This document shows, one piece after another, positions 9,988 to 20,900 of a DNA stretch of 64,000 nucleotides. A model generated the notes under the pieces. That model was given only the letters and a program-made list of their open reading frames with translations, did not search any database and was not told the origin of the DNA. Both the position numbers and the translations under genes were made by a program. This stretch comes from an uncultured Acidimicrobiia bacterium. Lineage in GTDB: Bacteria > Actinomycetota > Acidimicrobiia > Acidimicrobiales > AC-14. The stretch spans positions 320,001 to 384,000 of the forward strand of contig CAWIIV010000006.1 in the NCBI GenBank assembly GCA_963836205.1, in the 5' to 3' direction. How positions within the stretch are numbered: position 1 is the stretch's first letter; each line of letters begins with the position of its first letter.

Positions 9988-11117
9988 GCCGCGCGCACAC
10001 CGGATACCTTCGAGCCGTGGTTCACGCGTCCTCAGAATTGAACGAGCGGACGGGCGCGACGGCGCGCGTGGCTGCCCTCCCCTTTCGCCTGGTCAACTCG
10101 GTGGCGTCGATCGCACGGGTCCAGGTCGTGCTCCGGCGCATCGTCAAGCAGCTCGACCCGTCGGTGTTCGCCTCGCTCTGGGACGGGCAGAGCCTCCCGG
10201 GCCAGCGGGTGCGACCCGACATCGAGTCGCACGCCATCGACACGCTCCTGGTCGACTGGCTGGAGACCGACCTCGTCGTGGCCGATGTCGGTTCGAGGTG
10301 GGGCGTGCTCGACGTGTGGCGGCAGTTCCAACCCCACGTCCGGGTGGTGGGGTTCGAGCCCGACAAGGTCGAGTGCGAGCGGCTGACGGCCCTCGAGGGC
10401 TCGAGCGGGGTCGTCACCTTCGTGCCCGCCGCCCTCGGTCCGGCCACGGGTTCGGCCACGCTCCACCTCACCCGTTCGCCGGCGTGTTCGTCGCTCTACC
10501 CACCGGTCGAGGAACTGATCCGCCATCGTCCCCGCCTGGCCTCGATGGCGAAGGTGGGCGAGGTCACCGTGCCCCTGACGACGCTCGACGAATGGTTCGA
10601 GGGGTCGGGGCTCGACCACATCGACGTGCTCAAGCTCGACACCCAGGGCTCGGAGCTGGGGGTGCTGCAAGGCTCCGTCGCCGCCCTGGCCACGGTTCGC
10701 CTCATCGAGGTGGAGGTCGAGTTCAACGAGATGTACGGGGGTCAACCCCTCTTCGCCGATGTCGACGGGTTTCTCCGGTCCCACGGCTTCGTGCTGTGGC
10801 GGATCAAGGGGATGATGCACTACGGCCTCAGCGGCGTGCCTTCGAGCGCCTTCCGCGTGACCGACCGCCAGTACTTCGACGGCAAGGCCTGCGACCTGGA
10901 CGCCCAGGGTGGCCAGCTCTTCTGGGCCCACGCCTACTACGTCCGCCAAGCGGTCGCCTTCCCGGACGCCGGTCGGACCGAGTGGCAACAGGCGGTTCGG
11001 GACGCATGCGGGGCGCAGACCTTCGGGTACACCGATCTGGCCCTCAACCTGCTCCGGGGGGCGGCCGACGTCGCTCCCGAGGGCGTTCGGGCCCGACTCG
11101 ACACCCTCTTCACCTAG
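9984..11117 (+). CDS. FkbM family SAM methyltransferase
   Basis: DVGSR.G, GFEPD, LKLDTQGSELGVLQG, EVEF, YGGQPLF motifs. Confidence 0.9.
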   Translation: MSRAHTGYLRAVVHASSELNERTGATARVAALPFRLVNSVASIARVQVVLRRIVKQLDPSVFASLWDGQSLPGQRVRPDIESHAIDTLLVDWLETDLVVADVGSRWGVLDVWRQFQPHVRVVGFEPDKVECERLTALEGSSGVVTFVPAALGPATGSATLHLTRSPACSSLYPPVEELIRHRPRLASMAKVGEVTVPLTTLDEWFEGSGLDHIDVLKLDTQGSELGVLQGSVAALATVRLIEVEVEFNEMYGGQPLFADVDGFLRSHGFVLWRIKGMMHYGLSGVPSSAFRVTDRQYFDGKACDLDAQGGQLFWAHAYYVRQAVAFPDAGRTEWQQAVRDACGAQTFGYTDLALNLLRGAADVAPEGVRARLDTLFT

Positions 11118-11127
11118 GCGGCGCACG

Positions 11128-12225
11128 ATGACCGCGCCCCCCGCCGCTCCCTCGCCGTTCTCCATCGCCGGCCGCCCCATCGGGCCCGGCCACCCCGTCT
11201 ACGTGATCGCCGAGCTGTCCTGCAACCACCTCGGCCGCTTCGACCGGGCCGCGGAGCTGGTCCGGATCGCGGCCGACGTCGGCGTCGACGCGGTCAAGCT
11301 GCAGACCTACACCCCGGACACCATGACCCTCAACGACAAGTCCGAACGGTTCAGGGTCGGTCGGGGGACGCCGTGGACCGGGCAGACGCTGTACGAGATC
11401 TACCGCGACGCCCAAACGCCCTGGGCGTGGCATGCGCCGCTCAAGGAGCTGGCCGACAGCCTGGGCATCTGCCTCTTCTCGTCCGCCTTCGACCCGACCT
11501 CGGTGGATTTCCTCGTCGACCTCGGGATGCCGGCCTTCAAGATCGCGTCCTTCGAGCTCGTCGACCTGCCGCTGATCCGCCGGGTCGCGGCCACCGGCAA
11601 GCCGATGATCCTGTCCACCGGCATGGCCAGCCTGCCGGAGATCGACGCCGGTGTCTCGGCGGCCAGAAGCGCAGGGGCTCAAATAGCAATCATGCGCTGC
11701 AACAGCGCCTACCCGGCGGCGCCCGCCGAGATGGACCTGCGCACGATTCCGGCGATGGCAAGCACCTGGCACGTGCCGGTCGGCCTGTCCGACCACACCC
11801 TCGGCCAGACAGCGGCGGTCACCGCCGTCGCCCTGGGGGCCACCCTGCTCGAGAAGCACCTCATCCTCGACCGCTCCGAAGGGGGTCCCGACAGCGCCTT
11901 CTCGTGCGAGCCCGACGAGTTCCGATCGCTCGTCACGGCGGTCCACGAGGCAGAGCAGGCCCTGGGGACGGTGCGCTACGGCCCCTCCGAGCACGAGCAT
12001 CCCAGCCTGGCCTTCCGCCGCTCCCTCTTCGTCGTCGCCGACATGCGGGCCGGCGACATCTTCTCGGCGGCGACGGTGCGGGCGATTCGCCCCGGTGACG
12101 GGCTGGCGCCCGGGGCCCTCGACCTGGTCCTGGGGCGGACGGCGCCTGTCGACGTCAGGTGCGGAACACCGCTGTCGTGGGACCTCGTCGGCGGCATCGC
12201 TCCCGACTCCACCCCGCCCGGATAG
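11128..12225 (+). CDS. pseI: pseudaminic acid synthase
   Basis: IAELSCNH, AVKLQTYTPDT, KIASFE, GLSDHT, EKH, C-terminal SAF domain (RRSLF...IRPG.GL). Confidence 0.92.
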   Translation: MTAPPAAPSPFSIAGRPIGPGHPVYVIAELSCNHLGRFDRAAELVRIAADVGVDAVKLQTYTPDTMTLNDKSERFRVGRGTPWTGQTLYEIYRDAQTPWAWHAPLKELADSLGICLFSSAFDPTSVDFLVDLGMPAFKIASFELVDLPLIRRVAATGKPMILSTGMASLPEIDAGVSAARSAGAQIAIMRCNSAYPAAPAEMDLRTIPAMASTWHVPVGLSDHTLGQTAAVTAVALGATLLEKHLILDRSEGGPDSAFSCEPDEFRSLVTAVHEAEQALGTVRYGPSEHEHPSLAFRRSLFVVADMRAGDIFSAATVRAIRPGDGLAPGALDLVLGRTAPVDVRCGTPLSWDLVGGIAPDSTPPG

Positions 12226-12249
12226 AGTGCGGGCGGGCCACGGCCGGCC

Positions 12250-12264
12250 TACGGTCATCCCATG
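12250..12264 (+). promoter_or_regulatory. -10 element TACGGT 6 nt upstream of pseB ATG (probable leaderless transcript)
   Basis: The same TANNNT(-like)-N6/7-start geometry recurs before the starts at 28486, 56223, 56853 and 59503 (CAGACT variant), as is typical of actinobacteria. Confidence 0.5.
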
Positions 12265-13230
12265 GACATCGCTCACTCCACCATCCTGCTCACGGGAGGT
12301 ACCGGCTCGTTCGGGCACGCTTTCGTCGCCCACGTGACGAGGGAGTTTCCCGAAGCGGTCATTCGGGTCTACTCCCGGGACGAGTTGAAGCAGTCGGAGA
12401 TGCGAACCCGCTTCGGTGACGACCAGGTCCGCTACTTCCTGGGCGACGTGCGCGACCGCGGCCGGCTCCTACGGGCCGCCAAGGGTGTTGACCTCATCGT
12501 CCACGCCGCCGCCATGAAGCAGGTGCCGGCGTGCGAGTACAACCCCTTCGAGGCCGTCCAGACCAACGTGCTCGGCGCCGAGAACATCGTCGACGTCGCC
12601 ATCGACGCCGGGGTCTCGAGGGTGATAGCTCTCTCCACCGACAAGGCCGTGAACCCCGTCAACCTCTACGGCGCCACCAAATTGTGCGCCGAGAAGATTA
12701 TCGTCCAGGGCAACGCCTACGCGGCCACGTCGTCCACCAGGCTGTCGTGCGTGCGCTACGGCAACGTCGTCGGCTCGCGAGGTTCGGTGGTGCCCCTGTT
12801 CGTCAAGCAGCGGGCGGCAGGCCTCCTCACGATCACCGACGAGCGCATGACCCGGTTCTGGATCACTCTCGACCAAGCGGTGGACCTCGTCCTCTTCGCG
12901 GTCGACCACTCGACGGGCGGGGAGGTCTTCATCCCCAAGATCCCGTCCATGCGAGTGGTCGATCTCGCCGACGCCATGGCTCCGGGCGTCCCCCGGGAGG
13001 TCATCGGGATCCGACCCGGCGAGAAGCTCCACGAGGTGCTCATCACCGCCGACGAGAGCCGGCACGCAGTCGACGCCGACGACGTCTACATCGTGTTCCC
13101 GGAGCAGCCGTGGTGGGATGCCCATCCCCGGTGGATGGAGGGGAAGCCGCTCGACGAGGGGTTCGTCTACGCCAGCAACACGAACCGCGAGTGGTTGACG
13201 AAGGAAGCCCTCACCGCGCTGCTGTCGTGA
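12262..13230 (+). CDS. pseB: UDP-N-acetylglucosamine 4,6-dehydratase (inverting)
   Basis: TGGTGSFG, SRDELKQ, HAAAMKQVPACEYNP, STDKA, YGATK, RYGNVVGSRGSV, MTRFWIT. Confidence 0.95.
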   Translation: MDIAHSTILLTGGTGSFGHAFVAHVTREFPEAVIRVYSRDELKQSEMRTRFGDDQVRYFLGDVRDRGRLLRAAKGVDLIVHAAAMKQVPACEYNPFEAVQTNVLGAENIVDVAIDAGVSRVIALSTDKAVNPVNLYGATKLCAEKIIVQGNAYAATSSTRLSCVRYGNVVGSRGSVVPLFVKQRAAGLLTITDERMTRFWITLDQAVDLVLFAVDHSTGGEVFIPKIPSMRVVDLADAMAPGVPREVIGIRPGEKLHEVLITADESRHAVDADDVYIVFPEQPWWDAHPRWMEGKPLDEGFVYASNTNREWLTKEALTALLS

Positions 13231-14305
13231 TCCCCTACGGCCACCAGTCGATCGACGACGACGACATCGCAGCCGTCGTCGAGGTGCTCCGAGGCGATTG
13301 GCTCACCCAGGGCCCCACCGTCGTCGCCTTCGAGGACGCGCTGGCCGAATCGGTCGGCGCCCGCTTCGCCGTGGCCTTCTCCAGCGGCACGGCGGCCTTG
13401 CACGGGGCGATGATCGCCGCCGGCGTCGGCCCGGGAGCCGTCGTCACCACCTCACCTCTCACCTTCGTGGCCAGCGCCAACTGCGCCCGGTACGTGGGGG
13501 CCGACGTCGCCTTGGTCGACATCGACCCGCGCACGCTGCTGATGAACCTCGATCTGGTCCCGGCGACGGGGTGCGACGCCCTGGTCGCCGTCCACTACGC
13601 CGGCCTTCCGCTCGACCTGTCGACGCTGACCCAGCGGCCGCGGGTCGTCATCGAGGACGCCGCCCACGCCCTCGGGGCGATCACGCACGACGGCCCCGTC
13701 GGCAACTGCGCCCACTCCGACATGTGCATGTTCTCCTTCCACCCGGTGAAGCACATCACCACCGGCGAGGGCGGCATGATCACCACGAACTCGGCCGAGC
13801 TGGCGGAGAAGCTGCGCCGGGCGCGGAACCACGGCATCGTCCCGAAACCCAAGGTTGGTGGCTGGTACTACGAGGTGGAAGACACCGGGTTCAACTACCG
13901 GATGACCGACATCCAGGCCGCCCTCGGGTGCAGCCAGCTAGCCAGGCTGGCCGCGTTCGTCGAGCGGCGGAACAAACTGGCCGAGCGCTACCGGCACATG
14001 CTCGCCGGCCTGCCGGTCCAGCTCCCGGAGGCAGCCGCGCCCGGCGCTTTCCACGCCTACCACCTGTTTCCCATCAGGGTCGGCGGCCGCGACGAGATCT
14101 ACCGCCGTCTACGGGGCCACGGGATCGGAGTCCAGGTGCACTACGTGCCGGTGCACCACCACCCTGTGTTCGCCCACCTGGGGTCCGGCGGCCCCGGCTT
14201 CCCCGAGGCCGATCGCGCCTATGAGCGGCTGCTCTCCTTGCCGCTGTTCCCCGGTATGAGCGAGCTCGACCAGGACCGCGTGGTCCAGGAGCTGTCTGCC
14301 GCGCT

Positions 14306-14309
<4 letters not shown>
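13227..14309 (+). CDS. pseC: UDP-4-amino-4,6-dideoxy-N-acetyl-altrosamine transaminase (DegT family)
   Basis: IPYGHQSI, LTQGP, SSGTAALH, FSFHPVKHITTGEGG, GFNYRMTDIQAALG. GTGA overlap with pseB. Confidence 0.92.
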
Positions 14310-15570
<1,261 letters not shown>

Positions 15571-15574
<4 letters not shown>

Positions 15575-16518
15575 CCGTCGTCCCCCGGGTGCTGGTGCTG
15601 GGAGCCGGCTCCATCGGGGCGCGTCATGCCCGCAACCTGGCCGCGGCGGGCGCTGCGGTGTCGATCACGGACCCGGCCCCCGGCCGGGCCGAGGCGGTTT
15701 CGGCCGCGGTCGCCGTGCCGTTCACCGACGGGGCCTTCGAGGGTTACGACGGCATCGTCGTCGCCAGCCCTACCAGCTTTCACGCGACGCACGCCGAGAT
15801 GGCCACCCGTCATTGTGATCGGGTGATGGTCGAGAAGCCGCTGGCGGCGACCGCGGCCGAGGCCGACGCCCTCGCCGACGCGGTGGGCGAGCGCCTTATG
15901 GTCGGCTACAACCTTCGCCTGCACGCGCCAATGGAGCGCCTTGTGGCCCTCGTCCACGACGGCACCGCCGGATCCGTGCTCGGACTCCACATCTGGTTCG
16001 GGAGCTACCTCCCCGACTGGCGGCCCGGCACCGACTACCGGACGACCTATTCGGCCCGGGCCGACCTAGGCGGCGGCGTCCTGGCCGACGCCATCCACGA
16101 GATCGACATGCTCCTCTGGCTGCTCGGGGATGGGCTGGAGGTCGTCGGCGCCGCGATCGGCAACACCGGCACCCTCGAGATCGACGTAGAGGACACGGTC
16201 AAGGCGGTGCTCCGGCACACCTCGGGTGCGACGGTCGACATGTCGCTCGACTACCTGAGCCGGCGCTACCGCCGGGGCGTCGAGGTGGTGGGCGAGCGGG
16301 CCACGGTCAGGCTCGACTGGGCTCGCGCCTTGATCGAGCGGGAGGACGGAGACTCTGTCGTGACCGAGGAGGCGTCTACGCCGGTGCACGTCTCCTACGA
16401 GCGCGAGGCGCAGCGATTCCTCGACTGGATCACGACCGGGGCGCCACCCCCCGTCGACGGCGCGGAGGGAGCCAAATCGGTCCGCCTGGCCAACCGGCTA
16501 CGGGAGTGCGCCCGATGA
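15571..16518 (+). CDS. Gfo/Idh/MocA family oxidoreductase
   Basis: GAGSIGARH, VEKP, VGYNLR, GGGV..D.IHEID. Confidence 0.88.
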
Positions 16519-17561
16519 CGGTCCTCGGCGTCGTCCAGGCCCGGATGGGATCCAACCGCCTGCCCGGGAAGGTGGTCGCCGACCTCGGCGGCGGCTATCG
16601 CGTACTGGGGCTGCTGCTCGAGCGGCTCCGGCCGGCTCCGTTGGACATCATCGTGGTCGCCACCACCACCGCGCCCCACGACGACGTCGTGGAGGAACTA
16701 GCCCGCTCGACGGGAGTGGCGGTGGTGCGGGGCTCCGAGGACGACGTCCTTGGTCGCTTCGCCCTCGTCCTCGAGACCTACCCCGCCGACCACGTCGTCC
16801 GAATCACCGCCGACTGCCCCCTCGTCGACCCCTCCATCGTCGCCACAGTGCTGGACAACCACGCGTGGTCCGGGGCCGACTACACGTCGAACACCCTGAT
16901 CCGCAGCTATCCGGACGGCCTCGACATAGAGGTGGTGTCCGCCGCGGCCCTTCGGGCTGCCCACGCCGAAGCGGTCGACCCTGACGAGCGGGAGCATGTC
17001 ACGCCCTTCGTCCACCGCCGCCCCGAGCGGTTCCGGCTGGCGGCCAGCATCGGGTCCCGTCATCTGGCCCACGAGCGATGGACGCTCGACACTCCGGACG
17101 ACCTGGCGTGGCTTCGTGATGTTGTCGCTCGCCTGCCCGATCCGACGCTCGGGTGGGAACAGATCCTCGCCGTGCGGCCCGTGCCACAGGCACCGGCGCC
17201 GGCCCTCAGGCCGGCTACCGGCGCCGATATCGGCCTCGTAGGCGAACCCGTCGACGACCCTGGCAACCGGGTCTGGCTCCTCGACGACGGGGCGGGATCG
17301 CCCCTGTGGGCGCGCCTCGCCGTCCGCTCGGGGTCAGCCCAGTTGACCGTCGGAGGTGACGTGCACGATCACCACCGAAAGGCCCAACTTGTGTCGTCGC
17401 TCCTCGGCGTGCTGAAACAGGATCTTCAGGTCACCGAGCTCAGGTCCGACGGGCCGCCGGAGGCGCTCCACACTGAGAATGGCTTCGTCAAAGAAGAGGG
17501 TTCGGCCGACCTTCTGTGGCGGCTTCGCCCACCATCGGTAGCGGGCGCGGGGGTGGGTTAG
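16515..17561 (+). CDS. pseF: cytidylyltransferase (SpsF/PseF-like CMP-nonulosonate synthetase) with C-terminal extension
   Basis: QARMGSNRLPGKV, RGSEDDVLGRF, RITADCP, PDGLDIEV, REHVTP, WTLDTPDD. Confidence 0.75.
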   Translation: MTVLGVVQARMGSNRLPGKVVADLGGGYRVLGLLLERLRPAPLDIIVVATTTAPHDDVVEELARSTGVAVVRGSEDDVLGRFALVLETYPADHVVRITADCPLVDPSIVATVLDNHAWSGADYTSNTLIRSYPDGLDIEVVSAAALRAAHAEAVDPDEREHVTPFVHRRPERFRLAASIGSRHLAHERWTLDTPDDLAWLRDVVARLPDPTLGWEQILAVRPVPQAPAPALRPATGADIGLVGEPVDDPGNRVWLLDDGAGSPLWARLAVRSGSAQLTVGGDVHDHHRKAQLVSSLLGVLKQDLQVTELRSDGPPEALHTENGFVKEEGSADLLWRLRPPSVAGAGVG

Positions 17562-17984
17562 ACGACACTCGGGCAGATCAGCCGGATCGTGCCGCGATGG
17601 CGAACCTATCGCTGCGATCTTCCTGCGTCGGCTCGCAGTTTTGGGGAGATCGACAGCTGGGACCGGTACGCACTCGCTCGCGACTGTCAGCGGGGGCGGA
17701 GTGGCCTCTCCGTCCAATGTGTCGTTTAGTTTCATACCCTGTTGTGACAGCACCTGCTAGTACCACTTGCGAACTCCCCATAGCGCCACTAGACAGGCGG
17801 CTTGCTGCGCTGGTTGGCGTTGCTGGGGAGAGGACTGGAGGCACGGCGGCCTGCTTGAACGGCGGTAACACCTGCGACTCGCGCCGTAGCTGGCGACCGG
17901 TGCCTTTTGGTCGGCTTTGGGAAGGACCGCGCCCTGCCTTGGGTGCGCTCGGGCAAAAACCGAAGATGGCGGAGGTGCCAGGAG

Positions 17985-20900
17985 ATGATGGCCCAGGTAA
18001 TGAAAGCGAGGCGGTGTTTCAGGAATCTGGTCAAGGTTGCAGTCGGCCTCTTGGCCTGCGCTACGATGCTGGCGGTGGCCACGGGCCCGGTCGCGGCTCA
18101 GGGCGCACCGGCTGACCTCAGGGCCAAGCTCGATGACGCCGCCGGGGGCCAGGCCCGCCTCGCCGACCAGGCCGGCACCGGCTTGCTCCGCTTCTTCGGC
18201 ACCACCAAGGACCACGCCGTGGCCCGGGCCCGGGGCGTGGCGGCCGACGCCACCCCCGAAGTCGCCGCCCGCAGCTTCCTCGGCACCTACGGCTCGCTGT
18301 TCGGGGCCCACGACCAAGGGCATCAGCTCCAGGCCACCCGCTCCACCACCTCCGACGAGGGCCGCTCGACGGTGCGCTTCCAGCAGGTCCACAACGGCGT
18401 GGCCGTCTACGGGGGCCAGCTGATGGTGAACCTCGACGCCGACAAGAACGTCCTGTCGGCCAACGGCGAGCTGCTGCCCTCCCTGACGTTGGGGACCACG
18501 CCCGCCATCAGCGCGGGCGAGGCGCAGGCCGCGGCGATCGCGGCCATCGCCAAGCAGCGCGACCTCGACCCCGCCGGGCTGCGGGCGGGGCCCGGCTCGC
18601 AACAGATTCACAACCCGGTGCTGCTGGGCGACGGCGGGCGGCCGGTCGACTCGCTGGCGTGGCTGACCGAGGTCACCAACCCCGGCGGCGACCCCATCCG
18701 GGAACAGGTGCTGGTCAACGCGAAGACCAAGGCCGTCCTGCTGCACTTCGACCAGATCGCGGAGATCAAGGACCGCACCATCTGCGACCGCAATAACGTC
18801 GTCAACCCCGACGAGAGCTGCACCCCTATCACTCGCATCGAAGGCAGTGGTCCCAGCGGCATCCTCGACGTCGACCGGGCCTACGACTACTCCGGCGCCA
18901 CCTACGACTACTACTTCACCAACTTCGGCCGGGACAGCATCGACGACGCCGGCCTGCCCCTGCAGTCGGTCACCCGCTTCTGCCCCGACGCAGGCAGCTG
19001 CCCGTATGGCAACGCCTTCTGGAACGGCGCCAACATGGTGTACGGCGACGGGTTCGCCTCGGCCGACGACGTGGTGGGCCACGAGCTGACCCACGGCGTG
19101 ACCCAGTACGAGTCGGGCCTCTTCTACTACTACCAGTCGGGCGCCATCAACGAGTCGCTGTCGGACGTGTTCGGCGAGCTGGTCGACCTCACCGACGGGC
19201 TTGGCACCGACACCCCCGGGGTGCGGTGGCTCATGGGCGAGGACCTGCCCATCGGCGCTATCCGCAACATGCAGAACCCGCCGGCCTACGGCGACCCGGA
19301 CTCGATGGCCAGCCTCAACTACGTCACCGGCGCCGGCGACAACGGTGGCGTGCACAGCAACAGCGGGGTCAACAACAAGAACCTGTCCCTCATGGTCGAC
19401 GGCGGCACCTTCAACGGCGTCACCGTGGCCCCCCTGGGCACGACCAAGGCAGGGCACATCTACTACGAGGCCCAGACCAACCTGCTCACGTCGGGCAGCG
19501 ACTACCGGGACCTCTACGAGATGCTCCAGCAGGCCTGCTACAACAAGGTCGGCGTCGCCGGCATCACCGCCGCCGACTGCGCCGAGGTCAAGAAGGCGGT
19601 CACGGCCACAAAGATGAACCAGTCCGCCCCCGGGGGCGGAGCGCTGGAGGCCCCCATCTGCGAGAGCGGCGACAACCCCACCGACCTGTTCTTCGACAAC
19701 ATGGAGGGCCCCACCAACAATTGGACCTCCGAGGGTTCGGTCGACGGTGGGTGGGTCTACAACGGCGGCTACGCGACCAGCGGGAACCTCCATCTCTTCG
19801 GACCTGACCCCGCCTCTGCAAGTGACCAGACAGCCACCCGGGCAGCACCTGTCATCCCGCCGGCAGACAAGACCACCTACCTACTGTTCAACCACGCCTA
19901 CGACGCGGAGGCCAATTGGGACGGCGGCAAGGTCGAGTACAGCACCAATGGCGGCGGCAGCTGGATCGATGCCGGGCCGCTGTTCGTCGACAACGGCTAC
20001 AACCTCACCAACTCCAACGGTCCCTTCGCCGGCGAGTCGGTGTTCAGCAGCAGGAGCATGGGCTATGGCTCGAGTCGGATCGACCTGACCTCCCTGGCCG
20101 GCGCCAGCGTCCTCTACCGCTTCCGCTTCGCCTCCGACGCCTCCGTCGGCGGCCTGGGATGGTTCGTCGACGACGTGCGGGTGTACACCTGCGGGCAGCC
20201 GGCGCCGTCCATCTCCATCAACGATGTCAGCGTGGCCGAAGGCAACACCGGCACAACGCCGGCCACCTTCACCATCTCCCGCAGCGGCGACCTGACTGAG
20301 ACCTCCTCCGTGGACTACTCCACGTCATCGGGCACGGCAACGCCCAACGTCGACTTTGGTGGCCTGTGGTTAAACACCAACTTCGCCGCCGGGGAGTCGT
20401 CCAAGACCGTGATCGTCAACGTCAACGGCGACACCCTCGACGAATCCAACGAGACGTTCTCTGTCGTCCTCCTGCTCCCGGTCGGAGGGATCGTGTCCGA
20501 CGACGTGGGCGTCGCCACGATCGTCAACGACGACTCGGCGCCGTCGCTCACGATCAACGACGTGGCCGTGGTCGAAGGCAACGCCGGCATCACCGTGGCC
20601 GGCTTCACCATCACCCGCTCGGGCGACGTCAGCGGGGCATCCTCGGTGAACTACGCCACCGCCGGCATCCAGGCCACGGCCGGGACCGACTTCGTCAACG
20701 TGGGCACCACCACGGTGAACTTCTTGGCGACGGAGACGACCAAGACGGTGAACATCACCGTCAACGGCGACACCACCGTCGAGGCCCACGAGAACTTCCT
20801 GGTGGCGCTGGCCACGCCCGTCAATGCCGTCATCGCCGACAGCCAGGGCATCGGTACCGTCACCGACGACGATGTCGGCACTCCGGCGAGGATCTCGGTC

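Noticed and set aside
17757-19793. 678-aa minus-strand ORF and similar long antisense ORFs (28529..30502, 39447..41456, 50923..52614, 58424..60736)
   Set aside because: Stop-poor shadows of well-supported genes on the other strand, expected in high-GC DNA. They carry no recognisable motifs.
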